Origin: the human T2T-CHM13v2.0 reference genome, Homo sapiens
Assembly (NCBI RefSeq): GCF_009914755.1
Contig: NC_060931.1
DNA: 64,000 bases
Strand: one strand, 5' to 3'
The first letter of the stretch is position 1. The number at the start of each line of letters is the position of its first letter. Under the pieces are notes generated by a model, which was not told the origin of the DNA, ran no database searches, and was given only the letters and a program-made list of their open reading frames with translations. Shown here in pieces: positions 30,342-44,405 of this stretch. A program made the translations under genes and the position numbers.

Positions 30342-33300
30342 CCAAGATTAGGAACAAAAGATTGGATGAATAGATAGATTATATATATATTTATATAGAA
30401 TTCTATATTTTGTGTAGAGGCGGTGATATTGCTTTAAATATATTGAGCAATGTAAAGGTTTTACAAATTTAAAAATAATAAAATTAAAAAGGAAAATGAG
30501 AGCACACACAGACATTGGAAACAAATGAGCTTAAAATGAATATCAGATGGAGGGACCACGTGCCTCTTCTTGTTGATCCTGGACTTGTGAGCTTCCCCAG
30601 TAAAGCTTGCTCTTTATACCGCAACCACGGCAGGCTGTGGAATTTGCACAACTTGCTTCAATTGTGTTTACTGTCTATTGTCTGTCTTTTCCCACTGAAT
30701 AGTCAGCTACACGCAGCAGGGATCTCTGTCTGCTTTGTTCACGGATGTATACATATAGCCTGAACATGTCTGGCACACCATAGGTGTTCAATAAATATTT
30801 GTTGAATGAATGAAATTCCTTGTGGGCAAGGAAGCGAAACCATTCTTTGTGTGTACTTATTTTAATGCCCCAAAGCTAGCACAGGACTAGCAAAGGAATT
30901 GCCTGATATATGTTTTTATCTGAGCCCAGATGTTTTTAGCAGAACTGCAACTACATGCCTGTCTTCACTGACTTCTATTCATGTCTGGGCAATAGCCCTG
31001 GACCCTGCTGTCCTGGCTTCATCTGTAGCTGGCAGTCTCCGGCAGCCACGATATTGCCCAGGCTCGTGCTATGTTGAAAGTGGTCCAAACTGCCAAAGAT
31101 TTACTCTCCTCTCCCTTTTAGTGTACTTCCCACTGGGCTGCTTTGTGGATGTTTCAGAGGAGTTTCTCCATTCCTTTCTAGTCGGCTTACAATGATGGGC
31201 CTTGATAGTTTGGATTCGTGGAGAAATAAATCTCTTTTTAAAAATGGCTACATACAGATGAAGAAATTTCTTTCAGTAGATGTGGTTTAACAATAAACTG
31301 GACAGATCTGACTATCACTAGGGATAGCATCAACCTCTCCACAGCCCTGTCTTAGCATTTCATTGTTTCCATAATATCCACAAAAAGGCTTTGGTTTAGA
31401 GTTCACTTCTTAAAGCATTTAGCCCTAGGAGTAAAACAAGTGTGGATTAAATCCTAGCTTGAACAATTTACTAATTCATCATCCTGGGACTCAGTTTCCA
31501 CAATTTTAGCAACACCTATTTTTCTGAGTTGTTGGAAATACTAGCAAATATGTATGCTACACCCCTTGAACAGTGTCCATTTTTCAATGAAGAATAAGCT
31601 ATGAATAAAAATAGACCTACTATTCCTACTAAAAATTGTAGGGGAAAAAGATTGGAAGGAAATACATCAAAATGAATAATCATTGCTGTTAGGTGGTGAG
31701 ATTATTGTGCTTTTATCTTGGTAATTTAAATTTTCCCCAGCTTTTTATGTCTTGTAAAATGACTTTGCAGTAGGTTTATAATCAGAAATGTTAATAAAAT
31801 AATAACTTAAATAACCTGTAGTAGTTTAAAAGTTCTCAATTATCCTTCCACAATTCTGTCCTGTTCCTCAATAATAACACAAATCTAACTAAATAAAATA
31901 AGTTGTGTCAGTTCATTTCATTAGCAACCAGGAGAATTAATATGAGTACACAGACCGAGGGTCTAAAACAAAAAATCAGTCTGCAAACAAATATGAGTAA
32001 CAATTTAAACGAGGGGCCTGATCTTCAGCACAAATATTGAAGTCAGAACTTTCAGGACCTGGTGAACAGAAGGCAAGCTTTGAATAATGTTGGCCAAGAA
32101 GAACAATCTCGAGATCAGGAAATGGGCCAATAGTGTGCCCTCTGTGAACCAGAGAGCAGCCCTCATTGTCTGCTGGGAAAGCATCCTCTTCAAAGGCACT
32201 TCTGGAGGAACCTTAGCCACTCCACAGCCACTTTCAGGGATCAGTGTGGAGAAAGATTCATAGTCAGGTTGTGGGTGCCTCCGCAATGGGATGACTATTG
32301 TTTGCATCACCTGAGGGGTGGAAAGTGACCACTGGCTGGGAGAATGCAATCTCAGAGATTGGTACGTAAGAGGGAAGGAAATGCAGAGATGGTAGTTTCT
32401 GCTCTGTGAGCTGCTCAGCCCCTCTCACCTCCTATTGCTTGCAGGGGCTGTGATCAAGGTTGCAAGAGGATCAGTAGGGACTGAGTCTCCTCATTGAGAC
32501 TTGTAACAACTTCGCATTTGACAAGCGAGGAAACAGGAAGTAGGGGGCTTAGATGGAAACATGGGGCGGGGGATGGTATATTTAAGACTTCAAAGGGCAA
32601 GTATTTTTGCCAATTCAGGTTCCCCAGTGACTGAAGATGTTGAAATGCGTTTCCTGTGTTGCTCCTTTTCTGTGTTGACCAGCTCTGTAACTCATGACAC
32701 CTGCAGTCTGCTGCAGAGCTCTGCATCCTGACAATCAGAACAAACCATGCATCTCACAGTCCTACAGTAGAAAGCTAGGGTCAATTAGTTACCAAAATTG
32801 ATACTTATTATGGGGAGAATTTATAACAGAATAGATGGCAAGCCATTTTTACAACTCTGGCTATGCCCTTGGATTGCACAGGCAAGATTAGGAAATTAAT
32901 AACATAGTTGCGCTCCATCTATCTTTTGGAAAACACATCTAATTTTTCCCCTTAGCTTCATTTTTATGTTTCCACTTTGTGCAGATCTTTTACTTGCTTT
33001 TTCCTCCCTCTCATTTAACTCTTAAAAGAAGAACGGGAGCAATGTTCCCACAAGAAAGTTAGTACTTTTCCTGCTCAGGGCATCCCATGATTCAAAGGAG
33101 AAAATGTTCAGGTGTTTATAAGAACACCTGACCATTTGGCTGCACCTCAAGAACTGGGATCAGGAGGTCTGAGTCCAGAGAAGGAAAATAACCAGTTGGA
33201 TCAGTGGGCGAGAGATGGGAGAATAAATAGGGTTGTGACAAAGAGAAGGTCAGCTGTAAATGGGTCAGGAGACCAGAGTGGACAGAGTAGGCCCTGGAAT

Positions 33301-33349
33301 GCTTGCTCGGAGGCCTGCCATGAAGGATTTCTGCTTGCTTCCCCACCCT

Positions 33350-33836
33350 ACCCCGGGGGCAGGATGACTCAGCACTTCCTATTGTTGTGAAGGCCAACCC
33401 CAGGAGGCCCTACCAAGGCTGACTGCTGTTAAAACCAGACTGCACTCCTTCTGGCTCCTGGTTCATTCAAGGTCTACATAGTTAAAGGTTGTTCCAGAGG
33501 GATGTGTGTAATTCCTCCCAGTATTTGATGTTCCTTTATTACTTATTTTCACTTGAGCCAACAGCCTGAACTGGTCAGGCTTTGGGCTGATGCCAGCTGC
33601 TTTATCTGGTAGCACTGTTACATAAAATTAACATTTATTGGTGATCACTAGGTGCCAACATTATGCGAAGAACTTTACGTGGACATCCCATTTAATTCTC
33701 AGAAGCCGATCACAAGGTAGGTATTATCTCCATTTGCATATGAGAAAACTGAGGCTTAAAGATGTTAAATTGGTCAAGGACTAAGATGCTACTCAAGTCT
33801 TTTGAGTTAAGAGTCCATGCTCTTAACCCGGTAAGT
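33350..33836 (+). promoter_or_regulatory. Candidate distal IFRD1 promoter / non-coding first exon
   Basis: ATGACTCAGCA (ARE/AP-1, 33364-33374) overlaps ACTTCCT (ETS, 33374-33380). Strong donors follow: AAG|GTAGGT (33716/33717) and CCG|GTAAGT (33830/33831), in and next to a MIR. Confidence 0.35.
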
Positions 33837-34209
33837 GGTGGGTATCTTGGCAGAGATTAGAAATCTTTCTTTGAGATTGAACAAAAACCAGAAGGTGATC
33901 ATATGCAGAAGAACATGGAGAAAATTAAAAGCAAATAGTGGGTCAGGAAGGTGATGAGGAGGGAAGGATAGAGGGAAGGGAGGATGAGCTCTTGGTAGAA
34001 AATCAAAGTAGCTAAAACCTCTGGCCCTTTGTGGCCATGGAGGGTCCCACCTACAGGATTGCTCATGTAACATCTTTTCAAGATCGACATGCTTTGTTAT
34101 CTCCATTTTTCATATATGTGTTCCGTGGATTTATCATGTACATCTGGATTCTTCTAGCCACCAGGGGACAAATGTGAATTCAGTGTGACTGAAGAGGCAT
34201 CTGCCGTAC

Positions 34210-35050
<841 letters not shown>

Positions 35051-35282
35051 TAGTTCAGGAGCATGTTGTTTAATATTCATGTCCTGTATTTTCTGAGGTT
35101 CCTCTTGTTTTATTGATTTCTAGTTTTATTCCATTGTGGTCAGAAAATATATGAGATATGACTTCCACCTTTTTGAATTTATTGATATTTGTCCTGTGGT
35201 CTAAGATGTGGTCAATTCTGGAGAATGCTCCATGTGCTGATGAAAAGAATATGTATTCTACAGCACTTGGGTGATTGTCAGG

Positions 35283-35452
35283 TTTTGTTTTGTTTTGTTT
35301 TTTTGAGATAGCATCTCACTCTGTTGCCCAGGCTGGAGTGCAGTGTTGACATGATTGTAGCTCACTGCAGCCTCAAACTCCTGGGCTCAAGCAATCTTCC
35401 TGCCTCAGCCTCCCCAGTAGCTGGGATTATAGGTATGGCACCATGCCTAGCC
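35283..35452 (-). mobile_element. Alu monomer/partial (J/FRAM)
   Basis: Single antisense arm with (GTTTT)n tail. Confidence 0.8.
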
Positions 35453-35503
35453 AAATGTCAGTTTTTTATCTTTCTCTCCACTGATGTCTCCAAACATACT
35501 CAG

Positions 35504-36060
35504 TGTGATGGTGAATTTTAGGTGCCAACTTGACTGAATTGAGGGAGGTGTAGATGGCAGGTAGGGCATCATTTCTGGGTTTATTTGTGAGGTTTTCCAG
35601 AGATTATTGATTTGGGAGTCAGTGGACTGAATGAGGAAGATCTGCCCTCAATGTGGGTGGGCACCATCCAACGTGGGCTGGGGTCCTAGCTGGCACAAAC
35701 AGGTAGAAGAAGGGGAGATTCTCTCCCTCTCCCTTCTGGAGCAGGACACCTTTTCTCCTCCTGCCCTTGGACATCCAATTCTAGGTTCTTTGGCTTTTGG
35801 ACTCTAGAACTTGTACCAGAGGCTTCTCAGGGGCTGTTGGACCTCTGACCTTGGACTAAGGGTTGCACTGTTGGCTTCCCTGGTTTTGAGGATTCTGGAT
35901 TTGGACTGAGCCACACTACCAGCTCTCTGGTTCTCCAGCTGACAGGTGGCCTATTGTGGGACTCCTCTACCTCTGTGATCATATGAGTCAAATCCCCCTA
36001 ATATATCCCCTTTCATATATCCTGTTGGTTCTGTCTCTCTGGAGAACCCTGACTAATACA
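35504..36060 (+). mobile_element. MLT2 (ERVL) solo LTR
   Basis: TGTGATGG...'ccctcaatgtgggtgggcaccatccaa'...GAGAACCCTGACTAATACA. Confidence 0.88.
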
Positions 36061-36349
36061 CTGGGGCACTACTCCTTCAAGAAAAACAAAACAAACAAAA
36101 ACACCACCACCTATTACTCTTTAGTTCTTTCTTGTCATCATCCTATTTTTTCTGTTTACTGTTATATCTGAATAAATATCTGCACTTTTTCATCTTCACT
36201 TGTTCGCTGCCCAAAAACTCTTAATCCCATGAAATCTGGCTTTTGCTAAAACATTCTTTTTCTTTCTCATTTTGTAGAAACAAAAGACTTTACATCAGGC
36301 CACTTGTCTCTGGTATTCCTCTCTCCTTCCTTTCATGAATAAAACTTTC

Positions 36350-36511
36350 AGCCAGGTGTGGTGGTTCACTCCTGTAATACCAGCTGCTTGGGAGACTGAG
36401 GTGGGAGGACACTTGAGCCTGGAGTTCAAGGCTACAGTGAGTTATGATTGCACCACTGCCCTCCAGCATGGGTGACAGGGTGAAACCTGTCCTTAAAAAA
36501 ATAAAATAAAA
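36350..36511 (+). mobile_element. FRAM/FAM Alu monomer
   Basis: Single arm with A-rich tail. Confidence 0.8.
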
Positions 36512-36682
36512 ATGAACCTGTCTCATATGTTAGCTGTGGAGGCTCAGCTAGAAACGATATTCTCCAGTCTCCCTTGCAGTTGAGTATGGACATTTGGCCA
36601 AGAGTGGGGGCAAATTATGCCTTCCCTTAAGCTGACTACTTGTCCTGTCATTTGTCTTTTGTTCTCACCACTGGTTGGAAGC

Positions 36683-37632
36683 TTTTAGTCTGTTTTGTGC
36701 TGCTATAACAGAATAGCACAGAATGGGTAGTAACTTACAAACATTAGAAGTTTATCTGGCTTATAATTCCAGAGACTGGTAAATCCAAGATTGAGGGGCC
36801 ACATCTGGTGAGGGCCTTCTTGCCGCATCATGTAAACCAAAAATACAATTATAAGTCCTGCCAGCCATCTGAATGCACCCCTCCTCTTGGCCAAGGGGAT
36901 TCCAAAGTTAACCTAAAAAATTAATTCAGGCCATGATGGGAAGTGGGATCCACACATGTCTCATTATGCCCTCATCCTTTTTGTAATTACTGATAGAACA
37001 GACTCTTTGAGTCTGATAAGAATTTACAATCTATTCTCCCTGAAGCCTGCTACCTGGAGGCATCATCTGCATGATAAAACCTTAGTCTCCACAACCTCTT
37101 ATTGTAACCCAGTCATTTCTTTCTATTGATAATAACTCTTCCAACCAAATGCCAATCATAAAACCTTTAAATTTACCAGTTACCTGGAGGCCCCCCTCTG
37201 AGTTGTCAGGCCTTTCTGGACCTAACCAAGGTACATCTTATATACGTTGATTCATGTCTCATGTCTCCCTAAAATGTATAAAACCAAGCTGTACCCCAAT
37301 CACTTTGGGCACATGTCGTCAGAACCTCCTGAGGCTGTGACACAGGTGTGTCCTTAACCTTGGCAAAATAAGCTTTCTAAATTGACCAAGAGCTGTCTCA
37401 GATACTTTTGGTTTACAATCAAAACATGACAGAAGGCATCACAAGGGTGGGCAAGAGGGGGTTGAATTCACTGTCATAACAAACCGACTCTCAAGATAAT
37501 GACATTAATCAATTTATTAGGGCAGAGCCCTCATGACCTAAACACCTCCAATTAGGCCTCACCCCACAATCCTGTTGCATTGGGGATTAAGTTTCCAACA
37601 CATGAACTTTGGGGGAAAGTTCAAACCATAGT
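36683..37632 (-). mobile_element. MST/MLT1A-type MaLR LTR interrupted by MER4; itself inside an older MLT1-like LTR (~36530-37810)
   Basis: 'ttagtctgttttgtgctgctataacagaata'...'tttccaacacatgaactttggggg...aaaccatag'; GAAGC on both flanks. Confidence 0.75.
36831..37417 (+). mobile_element. MER4-family (ERV1) solo LTR
   Basis: TGTAAACCAAAA...TTTTGGTTTACA termini; 4-bp TSD ATCA at 36827-36830 / 37418-37421. Confidence 0.88.
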
Positions 37633-40600
37633 GGAAGCAATTGCTGTTAAGGTGGCAGGGCTAGCATGTTGAGGACAGCAGTGCTCCTCTGCCAGCCCTA
37701 AACTGATCACCACTGGATTTTTACATGTGAGAGAATTACATTTACACTACATTTTCATCATTCTATTTTGTGGTCTTTTTGTCTCAGTAGCTTAGCAATT
37801 ACCCTAATAAACTCCTTTCTTTCATTTTTAAAAAGGAATATGAATTCATTGTAGAAACGTAACTTGATGATAAGTAGAAAAACAACATAAACGATAGCTA
37901 TTGATCCCTTTTACTGATTATTCTGTCTTCTGTGTTTAATTGCTTTCTTTTCTTTCTCCTACTCACAAGCTTAGACATACCCCAGAACTATCTCTTATCT
38001 TTCTATGCTCTATCACAGAGAATAACTCATGTAGTGCTTGATTTCATCATTAATTTGTTCACTCATTCAAAAATATCTAGTGAGACCTACATTCTGTGAA
38101 GTGCTGCGGATAAAAAAATGCATCAGATGTGGCTCCTATTCCCAAGGAGATCACAGTCTGGAGAGGAGAGGGAAAGGCAGCTATAAACAGGTCCTTTTAA
38201 CACAGGGTGCTGAGTGCCTTGATGGAGCACTGTATGTGTCATTACAGAGGAGGGCACCTCACCAGCTTGATGGGGGCAGAGGGGTGGGTCTCTATGAAGA
38301 CCCCCAGGAAAAGGTGAGCCTGGTAAAGACAGTTTAGAAGGAGGAGGGATGAGGGAAAAGGGAGATAATTCTCAGCCAAGAGGTCAGTCAGGAACCAAAA
38401 ACCCAGATGTAAAAACTTTCAAGGCATTTGCCAGAAATGCAGTATTGTGCTGACATGTGAGAAGTGCAAAGCAAGGGTGTCAAGAGCTGAGCTGACAAAG
38501 GGGTGAGATCACACAGGCTTTGCTTATAATACTATGGAGGCTTGGGCCTTCTCCTGATGAAGCTTTAATGAAGAGTATTAACCAGAAGTGTGAGATTATC
38601 AGATCTACCCATAGATAGAGTATTCTGAGCGGCTGGGTGAAGGATAGGTTTCTAGGAGGTAAACAGGGTGGAAACAGGGAACGAGTTTGGAAAAGCTATT
38701 TGCAATGGAGTAGTTAAGAGGCAGTGACAGGTAGATCTAAGGTACTGGAATGAAGAATGAAGAAATAAATGAACTTGAGAAATACTTAGGAAATTAAATG
38801 GGCATGGCTTGGTGACTGAAGAGGAAATAGGATGAAGGATAAAAGATGACTCCTGGGGGTCTCACTTGGGTGGCTGGCAAGATGAGGGTGACACTGTTAG
38901 TGGCTTAGCTATCATCTGCTTATGAGGTGGCTTATCGAAGGTAAGGAAGCTTAACCTTCAGACTCCTTTCCTTGCATGAAGCCATTCAAAGGCTCTGGGA
39001 AGGGCCCTAGCAAATTTTGTATACTTGAATCTGTATTCTTTTTCTTAAACAGAGCCCCTACCCTTTTAAAGCTGGTATTAGCTTCAGACACACAAAACCT
39101 GAATCCACCCTGCCCGTCCCCTTTCAAGTCATCTTTCTTATTACCAGTAGATTAATCTTCCTCAAAACAAAACGTTGACATCATGTCAATCCTCTTCTCA
39201 AAAGCTATTGTCATCATGACAACAGACTTTATTAACTTGACAGTTTTACTTTGGGGTGGCCCTTTACTGCCTCTAAAATTCATCTCCCTACAAATCTTTC
39301 TAGTTCAGAAAAGTAACTTTGACCTGTCTGTCCAAAAGCAGGAAAATAATTTACAAATGTTTGAACTCTTTGGTTCTTAGACCTATCTACCAATTGAGTT
39401 GCCTTAGTTGCAATTACTCCGTTGTACTTTCTTGTTTGTCTCCCATATTCTTGCTTTGTTTTTATCCCAATTGTGGCTTTTTCTACTTTAAAACACTTGC
39501 CTAATCTCAAACCTGGCTATTCAGTTGTGTTTGGCATGTCTTGTACCTAAAGAAACCACTGGCCTATGCACACATCACTCTGTATCATAGTCGTTGGGCA
39601 CATCCAGCATGTGATTACACTTTAGAATTCTGTTTTTGGTCACGTTAAGTCAAAGGCAATTTGCACTCTAGAATGTTCATTCAGATGTATAAATCTTTGA
39701 ACATCAGTTATTCAATAGTTCCAATATTTGGAACACAGCATGCTGTCATCTGCAGTCACAGAGGTGTGCTGGACCATTCTCACATCTGAAAGAAGAGTTG
39801 TCTTTGTTGTTCACCACATTGCCACCTGATAAATGGCTTCTAAGGATTTTCCTGCAATCTGAACAGCTGCTACTCTGTGTATGAAAAATCTAATTTTACT
39901 TTGTAAGATTTCTTCCCATAATGTCCCGTCTGCTTCAACAGATTCTCACTCAGACACACTAAAATGGGACTCATGATATCAATTTAATATTTTAGCAATT
40001 TCAATAAACAAGGCATATTCTTTTTTCTTTCGGGATAAGGCAGGCCTAGCATCTTCCTAAAAAAGAATATACTCTGCAACCTCATGTTACAAAAATTGCA
40101 GCTTGGTTAAGTTTTCTATTGATAGTCCTTCAGTTTTTCTTATAAGAGCATAACTCATGAGAAAAGTTGTTATATAAATAAAATATAGAATGTTACTATT
40201 AGAAGACACTTCTGAGCCATAGAGCATAGTGCTGATGTTTCAGTCAGCACTTTCTCATCTCCCTTCTTCTCAGCTTCTTCCTACTTCTTTATCCTCTCCA
40301 TGTCTGTTCCATGTTGGCAGATACAAATCAGAGGTATGGTGGGGTTGACAGCACCTGCAGAGCCCTAAGGGCTTCTTCTCTTGGATAAAAGGACTTGGAG
40401 CTGCCCACTCTCATTCCACAGAGGGAGTTAGGAGCCAAGGAAAGCAAAAAATTGTAATCAGCAACGTAGAAAAGATGCAACCTGAGGCAGGTGAAGGATT
40501 TGGGAGCCCAATTCTTTTTTAGGAAAATGCTGTTTTCTATATCATAATTCCCTTCTGTTATCCCAAGCCTCCTGATTGTTGTGGTACTTCAGGGATTCAG

Positions 40601-43370
40601 GGATGGGCATGTGTCAGTGCCGGGAATACAGCAGATAGGGAAGCCTGGCAACAATCTGGAAGGTGGTTCTGAGATGGCCAGGGGTGGCCTGCTGAAGACT
40701 GGAGCAGCAGTCTAGCTCTTAGCTGAAGGGACAAGCAGTAGCTAGGGAAGATGTGTGGAACAGGTAAGCATTCCTTGGGGATTTTCAGAAGCACTTAGGA
40801 AGGAGAACCTGGTAAAAGTCTAAACTTCCTTTTCATCACAAATGACATGAGCCCTGATTTTTGTTGCCCTGGGAACACTAGAAAATAGAGAAGTCTTTCA
40901 CATCTGGCCTACCCAAAATAAACCTTCGTGAGCCCATGTCCAGGAATGGGGCTAATTCTCTGCTTCTCTTCCACACATATGTTCACTCCTAACTACTTTT
41001 CATCCCCTTTCTATCTCTGTTCATTTTGGGGTTGACCAAGTGGGTGGACTAGACTAAAGGGAGCCAGAAGGATCACCTACTGCAGTTTGCTACTCCGCCA
41101 GAAGTGGCCTGGGGTACTCATACAGCCTGGGGCCTGATGTAGAAGATTCTCCCAGCATCATGTTTCACCTAGGTCAGCACCGTGTTCCCCAGCTAATTGA
41201 TACAGAAGCTCCCCAAAGGCCAGTGAGAGTGGAAGGACCATTCCTTTGAGCTCCTCCTTTCTTCTTCTTTCTTGCCTCATCCTTCTCCTCCCCTCCCTCC
41301 CACCTTCTTTTCTTCATGTGTCCTTGATCCTAGAACATTTTCTGCTTATTATTTTTCGAGCGTATTGCTGTTACTACCAGTATCCTGTGTATCCTGTTGT
41401 GGCCAGAAAGCTACTGACACCATTAGTGCTTTACAGGGCACAAAGGGAGCTAAGGAAGCTTAAGGCTAGACTAGGAGGTTTCTGTCTTGCTCTTTTGGCT
41501 AGAAATTATTATACGAAGACATATACTATTGTTTTAACTATATGTCATATTATATATTTTGAATTAAGATTGATTGGTCTCAATATATAAATATGTGGTA
41601 ACAAAATTCAAATTTGATAATTCAGCATAACAGTTCAGGACTTTTTCCTCCTCTTGAGAAACAGGACTCTGCTACTACCTATGGAGTCTACTCTCTTATC
41701 TGTGTTGGAGAACATGAATGACATGCATCAGTTTGGAATATTTTAGGTGAAATCACCTAGAAGCCAGGTTTTGGATGAGGTGTGGTATGATCATTTAACT
41801 TTAGACTCACAGCCGCAGTTCACCCTCCCACCACCTATTCCTTATATCTATGCAGTCCTCCTTCCCATCCTATTGCAATACTGGGAGGGAAACATCCAGG
41901 GCAGTAGGAAACTCCCTTGTCCCAACCTCCATAATCTGTTTCTCCACTATCTGCATTGATGACCAAAGGTCATAGGGGTTACTCTCTCTGCCTAAATGAG
42001 TGGAAGCAGAAATGTCACAGTTACGAAAGTAGTATTCGAATTAAAGAAAGGGGCTACCAAGTATTCTGTCTATTCATTACGATCTTTTTGGAAACTCCTT
42101 TATATGGAAACTCCAGTCATCTGAGGCCTCAATTCCTAGAAAGCAAGCATCTCCACATTCTGTCCTTGATATAGATGTACTTGTTCATAAATATTTTGTC
42201 CATTTTGGCGTCATCTACATCCTATGTGCTCAATACATATTTACTAAACAAACAAGTGATTCTTGCTGCCTTTAATAGTGTTGTGTTGGCGGTATGAACA
42301 CAATTTAATGCTAGACGATATTAGTCATCAGGCCAGCCATTTAGCCACATCCTCTTATTGCCTACTCCTATAATTACATGATAAATATGGGAGCATGAAT
42401 GCCCAAGGACTTTACATATCCTATTTTCTTATATTCATTTGTTTTGAGCATCAAAAATCAGTTATTGTGGCCTACTGTGTACTGGGCATTGTAACTGTAA
42501 GTGGTACAGAGTGTACAGTTTTTAGAATTCTCACTATAGTGTGGTAAGAAATTATCTTAATTTTTCATTCATTTATTGGTTCATTCAACAACCATGTGTC
42601 AGGATCTGTGTTAGATGCTAAGGAGACAACAGTGAACACCACAGACAAGATCTTGACCTTCATGGCACTTAGAGCTGAGACTTAAAGAAGTAACTTGCAG
42701 TTAGAGACATATCAAGTGACTAAGCCAGGATTTGAATCTGATTCCAAAATTTATGCTGTCTCTGAAAAATACTGATAATCAGTTACAAAGAACATGCTAA
42801 GCACCAATCTTTTACAACTTGGCTCATTTTTAAACCTTTGAACCAATTCCATGTATTAAGTATGACTATCCCCATTTTACAAATGAGGAAATGGGACTCT
42901 CAGAGATTAAATAACTTACCCAAGATCACCAAGCTAGTAGACGGCAGGGCTTAGATCTGGACACACATCAGCCTGGCTTCAGAGCCCATGCTGCTTCCAT
43001 GTGGTCACACTGCTGGCCAATGGCATAATGAAGAGAAAAGTCCAAAGGCCAAGCACTGTAGGGGTTTATGGTTCAGCAGGTGAGAAAAGTAAAATACACT
43101 TACAGTGCAAAGCAGAATATAAGGTCACAAGAGTGTAAGCAAACTGCTTTGGGGTTGAAGAGGGATTATTTTAGTCTAAGGAGTCTTTGAAAACAGAGTG
43201 AAAACACAATATAAATAGAAGTTAGGATTATTTCACTTCCTTAATCTTTTTTCCCCAATGAATATATCCATTATATACAATTTATTGAATGTCAGAATGG
43301 ATACGGCACTGTAAGACATTTCAATTTCAGAGATATTAAATGGTTAAAACGTGTGGATCATAGAATCAAC

Positions 43371-44097
43371 TGTAACCTCCCAATGGGTTCTCCTTGCCTG
43401 CCGCCCAGACAGAGCCAATTTATCAAGACAGGGGAATTGGAATAGAGAAAGAGTTGAATTCATGCAGAGCCAGCTGTACAGGAGACTGGAGTTTTATTAT
43501 TACTCAAATCAGTCTCCCCAAAAACTCAGGGATCAGGGTTTTTAAGGACAATTTGGTGAGTAGTGGGTTGGAAAGTGGGGTGTGCTGATTGGTGGGGTCA
43601 CAGATGAAATCATAGGAAGGTGAAGCTGTCCTCTTGTGCTGAATCAGTTCCTGGGTGGGGCCAGAAGACCAGATGAGCCAGTTTATCCATCTGCGTGGTG
43701 CCAGCTGATCCACTGAGTACAGGGTCTGCAAAATACCTCAAGCACTGCTTTTAGGTTTTACAACAGTGTTGTTATCTCCAGGAGCAATTTGGGGAGGTTC
43801 AGAATCTTGTAGCCTGCAGCTGCATACTCCTAAACCACAGTTTCTAATCTTGTGGCTAATTTGTTAATCCTGCAAGGGCAATCTAGTCCCCAGGCAGAAA
43901 GGGGTTTTGTTTTAGGAAAGGGCTGTTATCATCCTTTGTTTCAAAGTTAAACTATAAACTAAGTTCCTCCCAAAGTTAGTTCTGCCTATACCCAGGAATT
44001 AACAAGGACAGCTTGGAGGTTAGAAGCAAGATGGAGTCAGGTCAGATCTTTCACTGTCATAATTTTCTCAGTTATAATTTTTGTAAAGGCAGTTTCA
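43371..44097 (-). mobile_element. LTR8/LTR8A (ERV1) solo LTR
   Basis: Minus strand begins TGAAACTGCCTTT...GACTCCATCTTGCTTCTAACCTCCAAGCTGTCC; 4-bp TSD CAAC at 43367-43370 / 44098-44101. Confidence 0.9.
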
Positions 44098-44110
44098 CAA
44101 CTAAATATAA

Positions 44111-44405
44111 TTTCTTTTTTTTGAGACAGAGTCTCGCTAGGCCGCCTAGGCTGGAGTGCAGTGGCGTGATCTTGGCTCACTGCAACATTCACTTCCCAGC
44201 TCAAGCTATCCTCCCACTTCAGCCTCCTGAGTAGCGGGGACCACAGGCGTGAGCCACCACGCCCAGCTAATTTTTGTATTTTTTTTTTAGAGACAGGGTT
44301 TCGCCGTGTTGCCCAGGCTGGTCTCGAACTCCTGAGCTCAAAGTGATTAGCCTGCTTTGGCGTCCCAAAGTGCTAGGATTACAGGTGTGAGCTACTGTGC
44401 CTGAC
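44111..44405 (-). mobile_element. Alu (Jb/S)
   Basis: Antisense dimer. Confidence 0.9.

Noticed and set aside
31190-31315. Possible C/D-box snoRNA (ATGATG...CTGA)
   Set aside because: Box C is imperfect, with no terminal stem or recognisable guide.
39520-39960. Coding-looking minus-strand stretch with weak resemblance to a Tigger-type DDE motif (ENGPAH)
   Set aside because: Frequent stops and too little similarity to assign without a profile search.
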